From the NCBI GenBank assembly GCA_963666485.2, contig CAXXUO010000009.1:160001-224000 (forward strand): a stretch of DNA of 64,000 nt. The letters are read 5' to 3'. Positions 20,203-28,513 of the stretch are shown in pieces. How positions within the stretch are numbered: position 1 is the first letter of the stretch; each line of letters begins with the position of its first letter. Made by a program: the position numbers and the translations under genes. The DNA is from Syntrophorhabdaceae bacterium. Lineage in GTDB: Bacteria > Desulfobacterota > Syntrophorhabdia > Syntrophorhabdales > Syntrophorhabdaceae. The notes beneath the pieces are model-generated. The model saw only the letters and a program-made list of their open reading frames with translations. It had not been told where the DNA came from and did no database searches.

Positions 20203-20406
20203 ATGGCTGAAGCTAAAATTAAAATAGACGGCATGAGCTGCCAGCATTGCGTTCAGGCGGTCAAGAAAGCACTGTGTGAAGTTACGGGCGTGGATTCGAC
20301 CGACGTCGAGATCGGCAGCGCGACCGTGCGCTATGACAATGCGAAAGCGACACAGAAAGACCTCGAGGCTGCCGTCGAAAAGGCCGGCTTTTCCGTCAGG
20401 TCGTAA
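20203..20406 (+). CDS. copZ: Copper chaperone / HMA domain protein
   Basis: IDGMSCQHC motif; AAGGAGG SD. Confidence 0.85.
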   Translation: MAEAKIKIDGMSCQHCVQAVKKALCEVTGVDSTDVEIGSATVRYDNAKATQKDLEAAVEKAGFSVRS

Positions 20407-20425
20407 AAACACGTAAACCGAAAAT

Positions 20426-21496
20426 ATGGACGGACTGGTAAACGCGATCAAGAACGCCCGGGAAACCGAAAAAAAGGTCGAGTATTATTTCGCCATGTCG
20501 GCCGACGAGAAGCATGAACTGCTTGCGGACCTGGCAAAAGAGAAAGGTGAGGATATCGGCATTTTCCTGAATGCCATCTACCCGGACGAGCCGGACAAGA
20601 ATATCCGCAAGCTGATCCGCAAGACTATCTTCCGGCTGAGATCGTCGGGTGTCAGGGTCGACGAACCGGGACAGGAGGGGCAAAGCGCCCTGCACAAGAT
20701 CGAAGAGGCTCGCGATAACCGGGCATACCTGACGAATTTCGATCACGCGCAATCGCGCATGATCATGGCGGCATATGAGGTAAAGAGAAATATGTTCGTC
20801 TTCCTCAACGGGGAGATCCATTTTGAGGAGGGCCTCAGGGAACTCATGAGCACGCCTCTCGACAGGAAGAACCTGGACATGCTCTTCAATGCCTACCTGG
20901 ATAACACAGAAGAGCCCGCATACATGGTGGGGATATCCCCGGTGTATGCGGCCTATATCGTCGAGGAGTCCTCGAAGATGTCCGGCCGCTTCTCGGATGC
21001 GGTCCAATCGATCAAAACATTTGTCGCCCACATAAAGGACCCGGTCGGGCAGCCCGGACATATATACGCCCTGCCTGTCGAAAAGAACACACCCGCACCG
21101 GGCATTCAGGACATTGTGAGCCATCCCATTTTTACCCCGTTCACCCTCACGTGGGAGGATATCGGCCGGGACCGTGATGAATTCAATGCGCAGGGCACGT
21201 CAGGGATCGTCCTTCCCCCGCACATGATCGAAGAAAAGAAGACGTCCTTTATCGAAGCGCTCCTTGCCAAAAATGCCATTAGTTCCCAGATCCCGCGCCT
21301 CAAAAGGATGCTCGAGGACTATGCCTATCTCCTGTACAAAACAGGTGACCATGCGCGGTATAGCGGCATCATCTCCGCCCTTAAAACGGACGAGGGCTTT
21401 CGTCGGATCGTCATATATTTTGTCAGGAAAAGCCTGGAAATGACCGACGAGAAAAAACCCTCCGGGCCGGGTCTCATAGTGAACCCGTATGGCTAG
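20426..21496 (+). CDS. Hypothetical protein
   Basis: 356 aa ORF between copZ and rlmE, overlapping the rlmE start. Confidence 0.8.
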   Translation: MDGLVNAIKNARETEKKVEYYFAMSADEKHELLADLAKEKGEDIGIFLNAIYPDEPDKNIRKLIRKTIFRLRSSGVRVDEPGQEGQSALHKIEEARDNRAYLTNFDHAQSRMIMAAYEVKRNMFVFLNGEIHFEEGLRELMSTPLDRKNLDMLFNAYLDNTEEPAYMVGISPVYAAYIVEESSKMSGRFSDAVQSIKTFVAHIKDPVGQPGHIYALPVEKNTPAPGIQDIVSHPIFTPFTLTWEDIGRDRDEFNAQGTSGIVLPPHMIEEKKTSFIEALLAKNAISSQIPRLKRMLEDYAYLLYKTGDHARYSGIISALKTDEGFRRIVIYFVRKSLEMTDEKKPSGPGLIVNPYG

Positions 21497-22100
21497 ATTC
21501 GTACTCAAGGACCCGTTCTACAAAAAAGCGAAAGATGAAGGCTACCGCGCCCGCAGTGTCTACAAGCTCAAAGATATAGATGCGAAATACCATCTCGTCA
21601 GGAAGGGCGACATCGTCCTTGACCTCGGCTGTTCACCCGGAAGCTTCCTCCAGGTCCTGTCGGACATGGTGGGGGAAAAGGGAACCGTGATCGGCATCGA
21701 CATTCTCCCCACCCCCGCCCTGCCCCGGAAGAACGTCAAGACATTGCAGGCGGATATACGGGAAGTTGACATAGAAAAATTACTCAATGAAAATGGCTTA
21801 GCTCAGGCAGATGTCGTCACCTGTGACATAGCACCCAACCTGTCCGGCATCAGGGAGGTCGATGACGCGCGGATCGAAGAGCTTTTCCGCTGTGTTCTCG
21901 ATCTTGTTGCAAAGGCCCTGAAACCCGGGGGCAACTTCATCGTCAAATCATTTTCGACAACGGTTCAAAAAGACATCACCGAAGCCCTGAAGCGGGGTTT
22001 CGGCAAGGTCACCCCGTACAAACCCCCCGCATCGCGTGCAGTCAGTTCGGAAATTTTCTTCGTTTGTATGGGAAAAAAGGCGATAGGCGATAGGCGATAG
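21489..22100 (+). CDS. rlmE: 23S rRNA Um2552 methyltransferase (FtsJ/RlmE)
   Basis: DPFYKKAK-GYRARSVYKL, VLDLGCSPGS, DIAPNLSG, KPPASRAVSSEIF. Confidence 0.92.
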   Translation: MARFVLKDPFYKKAKDEGYRARSVYKLKDIDAKYHLVRKGDIVLDLGCSPGSFLQVLSDMVGEKGTVIGIDILPTPALPRKNVKTLQADIREVDIEKLLNENGLAQADVVTCDIAPNLSGIREVDDARIEELFRCVLDLVAKALKPGGNFIVKSFSTTVQKDITEALKRGFGKVTPYKPPASRAVSSEIFFVCMGKKAIGDRR

Positions 22101-22178
22101 GCGATAGGAAAACTACCACGCTTTATACCCATATCGGGAACCGGTTCGCCGTTAGCCGTTCGCCGTTAGCCGTTCGCC
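22079..22178. repeat. Hybrid heptamer cassette: family A left arm, family B right arm
   Basis: (GGCGATA)4 22079-22106 ... CGGTTCG CCGTTAG CCGTTCG CCGTTAG CCGTTCG 22142-22176. Confidence 0.92.
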
Positions 22179-24338
22179 CAAGATCTCTTTTAACTTCACA
22201 TAATCCGGCTTGCCCGTTCCCAGCTTCGGCATCTCTTTCATGTAAACGATCTCCCGCGGATGGGTGAGGTCGGAGAGGCCTTTTGCTCGGAGAAGATCGC
22301 GCGCTTTCTTGAGATCGGCGTCCCTGCCGTTGGTAACGAGAATGAGTTTTTCACCTTTTCTTTCATCCGCTACCGCCACGACGGCAATCTCTTTCGTCGG
22401 GCCAAACACGCCTGACAGCGCCTCTTCGATGGCTGTCAAGGAGACCATCTCGCCGCTTATCTTCGAGAACCTCTTCAACCTTCCGATTATCGTCACAAAA
22501 CCGCCCTCATCGATGTCGACGATGTCGCCGGTATCATACCAGCCGCCATCTTCGACGAGAAATTTCCGGTTTGCCGCCTCGTTCTTCAAATATCCCGTCA
22601 TGACATTGAGGCCCTTGACATAAAGCCTCCCCACGCGGCCGCCCTTCGGGTCTATTCCGGCCACCGGTTCAAGTTTGTATTCTATGCCGGGCAGGACCTT
22701 CCCGACCGTGCCGTGCTTGTTCTCGATGGCGCTGTTCATACAGATTATCGGGGCACATTCCGTCGCCCCGTAGCCGGACATGACGCGGATGCCGAAGACC
22801 CTGGCGTAGCGCTCGAACACGGCCTCACTCAAGGCTTCCGCCCCGCAGAAAATGTATCGCATGCTGTAAAAATCATAGGGATGGGCCTTGCGGGAATACC
22901 CGTTGAGGAATATGTTCGTCCCCATAAGAATGGTGCACCCCTCTTCGTATGCGATCTCGGGAACGATCCGGTAATGCAGGGGGCTGATGTACAGGAAAGA
23001 GCGGCACCCGGCAAAAAGCGGCAGGAAAACCCCGATGGTAAGCCCGAAGCTGTGAAAGACCGGAAGCGCATTCAGGAGATAATCCCGGGGCCCGACATCG
23101 ATCCTTGAGAGGGCCTGCCAGATGTTCGCGATAATATTCTCATGCGAGAGACACACCCCCTTCGGGACACCTTCCGAACCCGATGTGAAGAGAATCACCG
23201 CATTCTTTTTCTCTTCTCCCGGCAGGGCTTTCGCTGATTTCCCCGGGAACATGCTGCGGAAAAAACCCCGCACCTTATCACCGAAATGCACTGTGCTGCG
23301 CACGTCTTCCAGATAGACGACGTCCCTGCCCTCCAATGCCGCCGGGCCCATCTTTATCCGCTCCATGAAGGCCCGGGAGGTGACCACAAGCCCGACGTCC
23401 GCTATGTCGAGTGCATGCCGCAAGGATGTCTCGCCGCCCGAATAATTGAGCATGACGGGAACCTTCCGGTGCATGAGAAGGCCAAATATGATCAATGCGG
23501 TCGCGCAGAGGTTTGGCAAAAGAACGCCGACATTCGCGCTGTCATGGACCGCCAGCTTCCTTCCGAGGACCCAGGCGCCCATGAGTGCCCTGCGATGGCT
23601 CACCTCGGTCCCCGTCGCATCCTTGTACAGGATCGCCCCGCCCCGTTCGCCGCACAGCCTGACGAACTGAGCGTTGAGCGTTGACGCATGGTAGTGCGCC
23701 TTGTAGAACATTTCGCAGAGCATACCGTAAATAACATGCGCCGCCTCTTTCTTCCTGTCGTGCGGCTGGATATGATCGAGGCCCATGGCCGGCCGGACCC
23801 CCCCGATCGTGATCGTGACGGGCGCAAACAATCTCCGGCCCGGATGCTTCTTGGCAAAGATCGTGTTGTACGTGTTCCCCAGGTGTACGGGAAGTATCGA
23901 TGCGCCCGTCTTATACGCGACGAAACCGGCGCCCTCATATATCTTCATCAGGCTGCCCGTTTTTGTGATGCGTCCTTCCGGGAAGACAAGGAGCGCCGTC
24001 CCCCGGTTCACCTCATCGATGATCCCTTTGAGGGAGTACGGATTGAGCGTGTCGATCTGCACGGTATACCTGTTCTGCATGAAAGGCCGGAGCAGAATTT
24101 CCCGGGCCCGCCCCCGGTTGACGAGGATCTTGAGGTCGAGTTCGAGGTACGTCCAGAGCAATATGCCGTCGAGAAGGCTCGCGTGGTTCGAGACGATGAT
24201 AAGCCGGTCATATTCACGCGGTATATTTTCGAGCCCCTTTACTTTTACCCTGTGGCACGCAATAAAGTACGCCTTGAATATACAGCGGAGTGTCTCTTCG
24301 AAAAATGCACGCAGGAAACTTCGTTTCGCCTTTATCAT
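22152..24338 (-). CDS. aas: Bifunctional lysophospholipid acyltransferase / acyl-ACP synthetase (Aas-like)
   Basis: PlsC NHASLLD and VFPEGRIT; AMP-binding FTSGSEGVPKG, GYGATE, WYDTGD, RFSKISGEMVSL. Confidence 0.85.
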   Translation of the reverse strand: MIKAKRSFLRAFFEETLRCIFKAYFIACHRVKVKGLENIPREYDRLIIVSNHASLLDGILLWTYLELDLKILVNRGRAREILLRPFMQNRYTVQIDTLNPYSLKGIIDEVNRGTALLVFPEGRITKTGSLMKIYEGAGFVAYKTGASILPVHLGNTYNTIFAKKHPGRRLFAPVTITIGGVRPAMGLDHIQPHDRKKEAAHVIYGMLCEMFYKAHYHASTLNAQFVRLCGERGGAILYKDATGTEVSHRRALMGAWVLGRKLAVHDSANVGVLLPNLCATALIIFGLLMHRKVPVMLNYSGGETSLRHALDIADVGLVVTSRAFMERIKMGPAALEGRDVVYLEDVRSTVHFGDKVRGFFRSMFPGKSAKALPGEEKKNAVILFTSGSEGVPKGVCLSHENIIANIWQALSRIDVGPRDYLLNALPVFHSFGLTIGVFLPLFAGCRSFLYISPLHYRIVPEIAYEEGCTILMGTNIFLNGYSRKAHPYDFYSMRYIFCGAEALSEAVFERYARVFGIRVMSGYGATECAPIICMNSAIENKHGTVGKVLPGIEYKLEPVAGIDPKGGRVGRLYVKGLNVMTGYLKNEAANRKFLVEDGGWYDTGDIVDIDEGGFVTIIGRLKRFSKISGEMVSLTAIEEALSGVFGPTKEIAVVAVADERKGEKLILVTNGRDADLKKARDLLRAKGLSDLTHPREIVYMKEMPKLGTGKPDYVKLKEILGERLTANG

Positions 24339-24826
24339 TTATTCCGTCCGCTGGCCATCATTCGCGCTACATTCCTTCGCACCGCCTCGAGCACCTTAAC
24401 CAGGCCCTCGAGCTCCTTTCCGGGTATTCCCTCCATGAGACGGTGCACCCCGTCGAGATACCCGGGTTCCAGTGAATCCGCCATCCTCTCACCTTCCCGT
24501 GTCATCGCAACCATATGGACCCTCCTGTCTCCCGGATGAGGCCGCCTGACGACAAGGCCGGCTTTCTCGAGCCGGTCTATTATGCCCGTCATGTCCGCCT
24601 TGTTCACGACAAGGCGCCGCCCGAGCACGGACTGCGAAAGTTTTTTCCCGCTCGCGTACTTGAGCTGTACCAGGACATTGAACTGGGCGTCGGTAAGCCC
24701 GGTGCCCTGAAAGTACCTGAAGGACGCGCGCGAGATCATTGTGCCCGTGTAGATAATGCTGAGCAGGCATTCGTGTTCGACCGTCTGGATGGGCTTGTCA
24801 AGCCCAAGCTCTTCAGCAAGGCTCAT
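24335..24826 (-). CDS. MarR-family transcriptional regulator
   Basis: GLTDAQFNVL, IIDRLEKAGLV, DRRVHMV; overlaps the aas start by 4 nt. Confidence 0.9.
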   Translation of the reverse strand: MSLAEELGLDKPIQTVEHECLLSIIYTGTMISRASFRYFQGTGLTDAQFNVLVQLKYASGKKLSQSVLGRRLVVNKADMTGIIDRLEKAGLVVRRPHPGDRRVHMVAMTREGERMADSLEPGYLDGVHRLMEGIPGKELEGLVKVLEAVRRNVARMMASGRNK

Positions 24827-24924
24827 GGACACCTCGATATGGTTTATATATGAACTATCAAGATGTATACGACACTTTTTCGGTCATGTCAAGACGGACG
24901 ATGCCCGTTCACCAGCAACTGCCC

Positions 24925-24951
24925 TTAAGTCCATGATCCATCTTCCGATAT
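24925..24951 (+). promoter_or_regulatory. Candidate sigma28 (FliA) promoter
   Basis: TTAA-N15-TCCGATAT, close to the TAAA-N15-GCCGATAA consensus. Confidence 0.5.
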
Positions 24952-24970
24952 ACTTTAAGGTGAGACCTTT

Positions 24971-25153
24971 ATGATAGACGCCATATCTTCCCTTATGACC
25001 TGTGTGATGACCAGAAATGACACTGCGATGGCGCTGGCGAAAAGCCGGATCGAAGCGGAAAAGGCCATGGCCGAGGTCATAATGAGAGCGGCCGAGAACA
25101 TAGAGAAAATGACGCCGGACCATATCGGGTCGAATATCGATATTTCCATCTGA
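24971..25153 (+). CDS. Small YjfB-like (putative motility) protein
   Basis: 60 aa helical protein ending HIGSNIDISI; AAGGTGA SD. Confidence 0.55.
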   Translation: MIDAISSLMTCVMTRNDTAMALAKSRIEAEKAMAEVIMRAAENIEKMTPDHIGSNIDISI

Positions 25154-25252
25154 ACCTGCCGGGCATCTTTCTTACATATCCGGAACCTGCTATAATCTAC
25201 CGTTGTGATCGCTTGAAAAGCGCGGTTTGTGCTGACGAGGAGGTTACCCGGG

Positions 25253-27004
25253 ATGACAGCTGACATAACATTCAAGAGTGGCAGGAGGACGCCGACCCAT
25301 GTGAGGCTCCTCAAGGAGCGCTGCGTAAAAGCCGGTCTGAGTGACCGGTACGCCAGCCTGAAGTGGGAACAGTGGGGCAGGATGCGCTCACTGTCGGTCC
25401 TGCGGGCCGTTAAGAACAATCGCATCGCGGGCTGGATATTTTACGACAAAAAGACAAGCACGATCGAAGAGATCTTCGTCAATCCGGGGTGGAAAGGCAA
25501 AGACCCGCGAGAGATGATGATCGATGCTCTCATCAGTCGTGAAAGCCTCGTTGCGGCTTCCGTCCTCGAGGGTGATGCAGACAAATACCGGTTCCTGCTC
25601 GGGTACGGCTTCCGGCCGGCCATGACGGGAAAGATCGATGGGTTCACGGTCATAAAAATGGAATTGAGCACGGCAGTGCTGCTCGAAAAAACCTCTGCCG
25701 GAAAGCCTTTCACCCCTTACCGCAAAAGAGAACGCGTCGCACTGGAGAAAATACCTTCCACGCAAACATACGATGAGATAAAACAGGGTATTTCGGATCT
25801 TATCGGGAAGCTCGGGGGCTTGAAAAAATTTGTAAAGCCGGGGCAGACCGTGGCGATAAAACCCAACATTGTCGCCGACCACGGGCTCAAAGACGGCAGG
25901 GTTGTCGGCGGCGTCGTAACGGATATTCGTGTCGTAAAGGCACTCACGGAATTGCTCCTCGGCACTGCATCCCATGTCTACATCACGGAAGGGTCATCGA
26001 TAAACCGCAGTGAAACGAGCAAGATGTTCGCCCACTACGGTTACGATGACGTCGTCGGCCTTGACCCGCAGAGGGTGACGCTCGTTGACCTCAACAACGA
26101 CAGGGTGATCAACAAACACGTGCCCGGCGCAAAGCGGGTGGCCTCGCGAATGGTCCCCGCAACCCTGGAGATGGTGGACGTTATCATAAACGTACCCGTG
26201 CTCAAGATCCACTTTGCCGCGGTCGTGTCCTTAAGCATCAAGAACCTCCAGGGCGCGATGCCGCCCCTCGAGAAATACATGTCTCATTTCTTCGGGCTGT
26301 GGCAGAACCTCGTGAACATCCACCACCTCATTAAACCGAAATTGACGATCATCGACGGGCTCACGGGCCTCGAGGATTTCGGCCCCATCTCCGGTACCCC
26401 GAAAAAGACCAACCTTCTCATCGGCGGGACGAACCCCGTCGCCGTCGACGCGGTCGCCATGCGAACCATGGGGCTCGACCCGAAGTCGTCGCCCCCCGTC
26501 TTTCTTGCCTGGATGCAAGGATTGGGACCTCTCGAGACAAACAAGATCGATGTTGTCGGGGCATCCATCGAGGATGTGGCGCAGCAGTTCGTTCAGCCGG
26601 CCATTGACTTGAGCGGCGGGTCTTCACTGAGGATACACGCGGACAGGGCATGCCCCGGCTGCAAGGGATACCTGCATTTCGTCCTGTCGAAGCTTCGCAA
26701 ACCGGACCCTGCCGACCCGTCCCGCCACATCATCGACAGGCCCTTCAATAGGCCGGTCAACATCTTCCTCGGCCCCATGGACGGGCAGGAGATACGGACC
26801 GATGAGGTCAACGTTTTTCTCGGCCTGTGCCAGCAGAGCAACGCGGCGGCAGGGACCCATCTGCCCGGCTGCCCGCCGCACGCCGAGGTACTGACGACCG
26901 GCATTTTCGACCTGTTTCCCGATATCGAGCGCCCCAAGTACGCCGATGAAACGGAAGAATCGAAGCTGGGGAAAATGTTGGAAGAAATACTGAAAAAACG
27001 GTAA
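25253..27004 (+). CDS. DUF362 Fe-S protein with N-terminal GNAT-like domain
   Basis: DUF362 motifs VAIKPN, INVPVLKIH, SLSIKNLQG, IIDG, NPVAVD; C-terminal ACPGC/GLC/PGCPP; GAGGAGG SD before ATG 25253. Confidence 0.8.
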   Translation: MTADITFKSGRRTPTHVRLLKERCVKAGLSDRYASLKWEQWGRMRSLSVLRAVKNNRIAGWIFYDKKTSTIEEIFVNPGWKGKDPREMMIDALISRESLVAASVLEGDADKYRFLLGYGFRPAMTGKIDGFTVIKMELSTAVLLEKTSAGKPFTPYRKRERVALEKIPSTQTYDEIKQGISDLIGKLGGLKKFVKPGQTVAIKPNIVADHGLKDGRVVGGVVTDIRVVKALTELLLGTASHVYITEGSSINRSETSKMFAHYGYDDVVGLDPQRVTLVDLNNDRVINKHVPGAKRVASRMVPATLEMVDVIINVPVLKIHFAAVVSLSIKNLQGAMPPLEKYMSHFFGLWQNLVNIHHLIKPKLTIIDGLTGLEDFGPISGTPKKTNLLIGGTNPVAVDAVAMRTMGLDPKSSPPVFLAWMQGLGPLETNKIDVVGASIEDVAQQFVQPAIDLSGGSSLRIHADRACPGCKGYLHFVLSKLRKPDPADPSRHIIDRPFNRPVNIFLGPMDGQEIRTDEVNVFLGLCQQSNAAAGTHLPGCPPHAEVLTTGIFDLFPDIERPKYADETEESKLGKMLEEILKKR

Positions 27005-27232
27005 AAATGGTTCAAGGTTCAAGGTTCAAAGTAAAAGACTAAATACCTTAGAAGATTGGGGATGGTTCAAGGTTCAAGGTTCAAGGTTCAAAGTAAAAGA
27101 CTAAATACCTTAGAAGATTGGGGATGGTTCAAGGTTCAAGGTTCAAGGTTCAAAGTAAAAGACTAAATAGCTTAGAAGCTTGGGGCGTTTCTAACATTGA
27201 ACCTTGAACTTTGAACTTTGAACCATTTTTTA
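27002..27232. repeat. Family C heptamer cassette with the left arm plus spacer tandemly triplicated
   Basis: Units 27007-27061 (55 bp), 27062-27123 and 27124-27185 (62 bp each); right arm (TTGAACY)4 27197-27224; bounded by the two TAA stops. Confidence 0.95.
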
Positions 27233-27967
27233 CGCCCCCCATCCCCCGGAAACCTTGATCTCCGTTGCCGTAATATACGATGCGTCTTCCGATGCCAGGA
27301 AAGCAACCACTCTCGCAACCTCTTCGGGCTCGCCTATCCTTCCCAGGATGCTCTCGGCGATAATGGGGTCCCGGTATTTTTCCGGCATCCTCATGATGGG
27401 CGGGGTCCTGATCATGCCCGGAACGATCGCGTTCACCGTGACACCGTCCCTGCCGCCTTCACGCGCGAGGGTTTTCGTAAGGCCCAGCACCCCGGCCTTG
27501 GCAGCGGCATATGCCACCTCTCCCTTGGCCCCCATGAGCCCGTAGATCGAACTGATATTGACGATGCGCCCCCACTTGTTGGCGCGCATCTGCGGCAGGA
27601 GCAGCTTCGACAGCAGAAAAGGTACACCGAGGTGGATCGACAGGACAGCATTGTAATCGTTCTTGTCTATCTTCGCCGTTATACCGGGCCGGTCAAAGCC
27701 CGCATTATTGACGAGTATGTCGACCCTGGTCATGGCGAGGATCTCTTCGATCACCTTGACGAGGGGCTGCGTGCGCGTGAGGTCGATGATCCTGTGATCG
27801 ACCTCGGCCCCGGAAGCTTTCAGCTCGCGCACAACGTGCGGAAGTGTTTTCCTGTTCTTGTCGAGGAGGATAAGGCGCGCTCCCTGCCCGGCGAAAACCT
27901 CGGCACACGCCCTCCCGATGCCCTGCCCTGCCCCCGTGATCAACGCAGTCCTGTTCTTCAGGCTCAT
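27230..27967 (-). CDS. SDR-family oxidoreductase (FabG-like)
   Basis: TGAGQGIG, LVNNAG, NISS, YAAAK; start trimmed to ATG 27967. Confidence 0.9.
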   Translation of the reverse strand: MSLKNRTALITGAGQGIGRACAEVFAGQGARLILLDKNRKTLPHVVRELKASGAEVDHRIIDLTRTQPLVKVIEEILAMTRVDILVNNAGFDRPGITAKIDKNDYNAVLSIHLGVPFLLSKLLLPQMRANKWGRIVNISSIYGLMGAKGEVAYAAAKAGVLGLTKTLAREGGRDGVTVNAIVPGMIRTPPIMRMPEKYRDPIIAESILGRIGEPEEVARVVAFLASEDASYITATEIKVSGGWGA

Positions 27968-28112
27968 TTCGTCACCCTTGATCTGCAGATTTTGTAAAAC
28001 CATCGTATTTTACCGTATCACAGGAACAGGTTACAGAAAAATGTCAAAATACTTGATTTCTTCATCGCTTTCCTTTATTTCCTATAGCAAGATCACGTGA
28101 GGTAAGAAACAG

Positions 28113-28427
28113 ATGGAGTTATTCGTAGTAATGGACAAAGCAACACTCGGACGCGGGGTTTTCGGCGTTTTTTCGTGCATTGAAACAGCGGAATCATTTG
28201 TAAGGGACCTGACGTTTCACAGTGTGGTCCTGGCGTATCCCCTGATAGGATCGTACGAGGGGTCCGGGAAGATCTATGCGGCTCATTCATATGACAATTT
28301 TTATGACACGCATATTTTCGACGGGATCTATTCTCAAAGCGACCTTGCCTACGAGGCGGTCGGCCAGAAAGGCCTTATCATTGAATTCATCCTCGATGTG
28401 CCCGATGAAAAAAAAGTAATTGTCTAG
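28113..28427 (+). CDS. Hypothetical protein
   Basis: 104 aa ORF with GAGGT SD. Confidence 0.6.
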   Translation: MELFVVMDKATLGRGVFGVFSCIETAESFVRDLTFHSVVLAYPLIGSYEGSGKIYAAHSYDNFYDTHIFDGIYSQSDLAYEAVGQKGLIIEFILDVPDEKKVIV

Positions 28428-28513
28428 GATTATCCGATTGTCAGTGTGATAATGATCATCGACTTCGATATGCAATGCGTCTTAAACTTGCACCAAGGGG
28501 AAACATTTCCATC

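Noticed and set aside
27007..27185. Possible mini-CRISPR array
   Set aside because: The would-be spacers are near-identical, the repeat is a heptamer run, and no cas genes are present.
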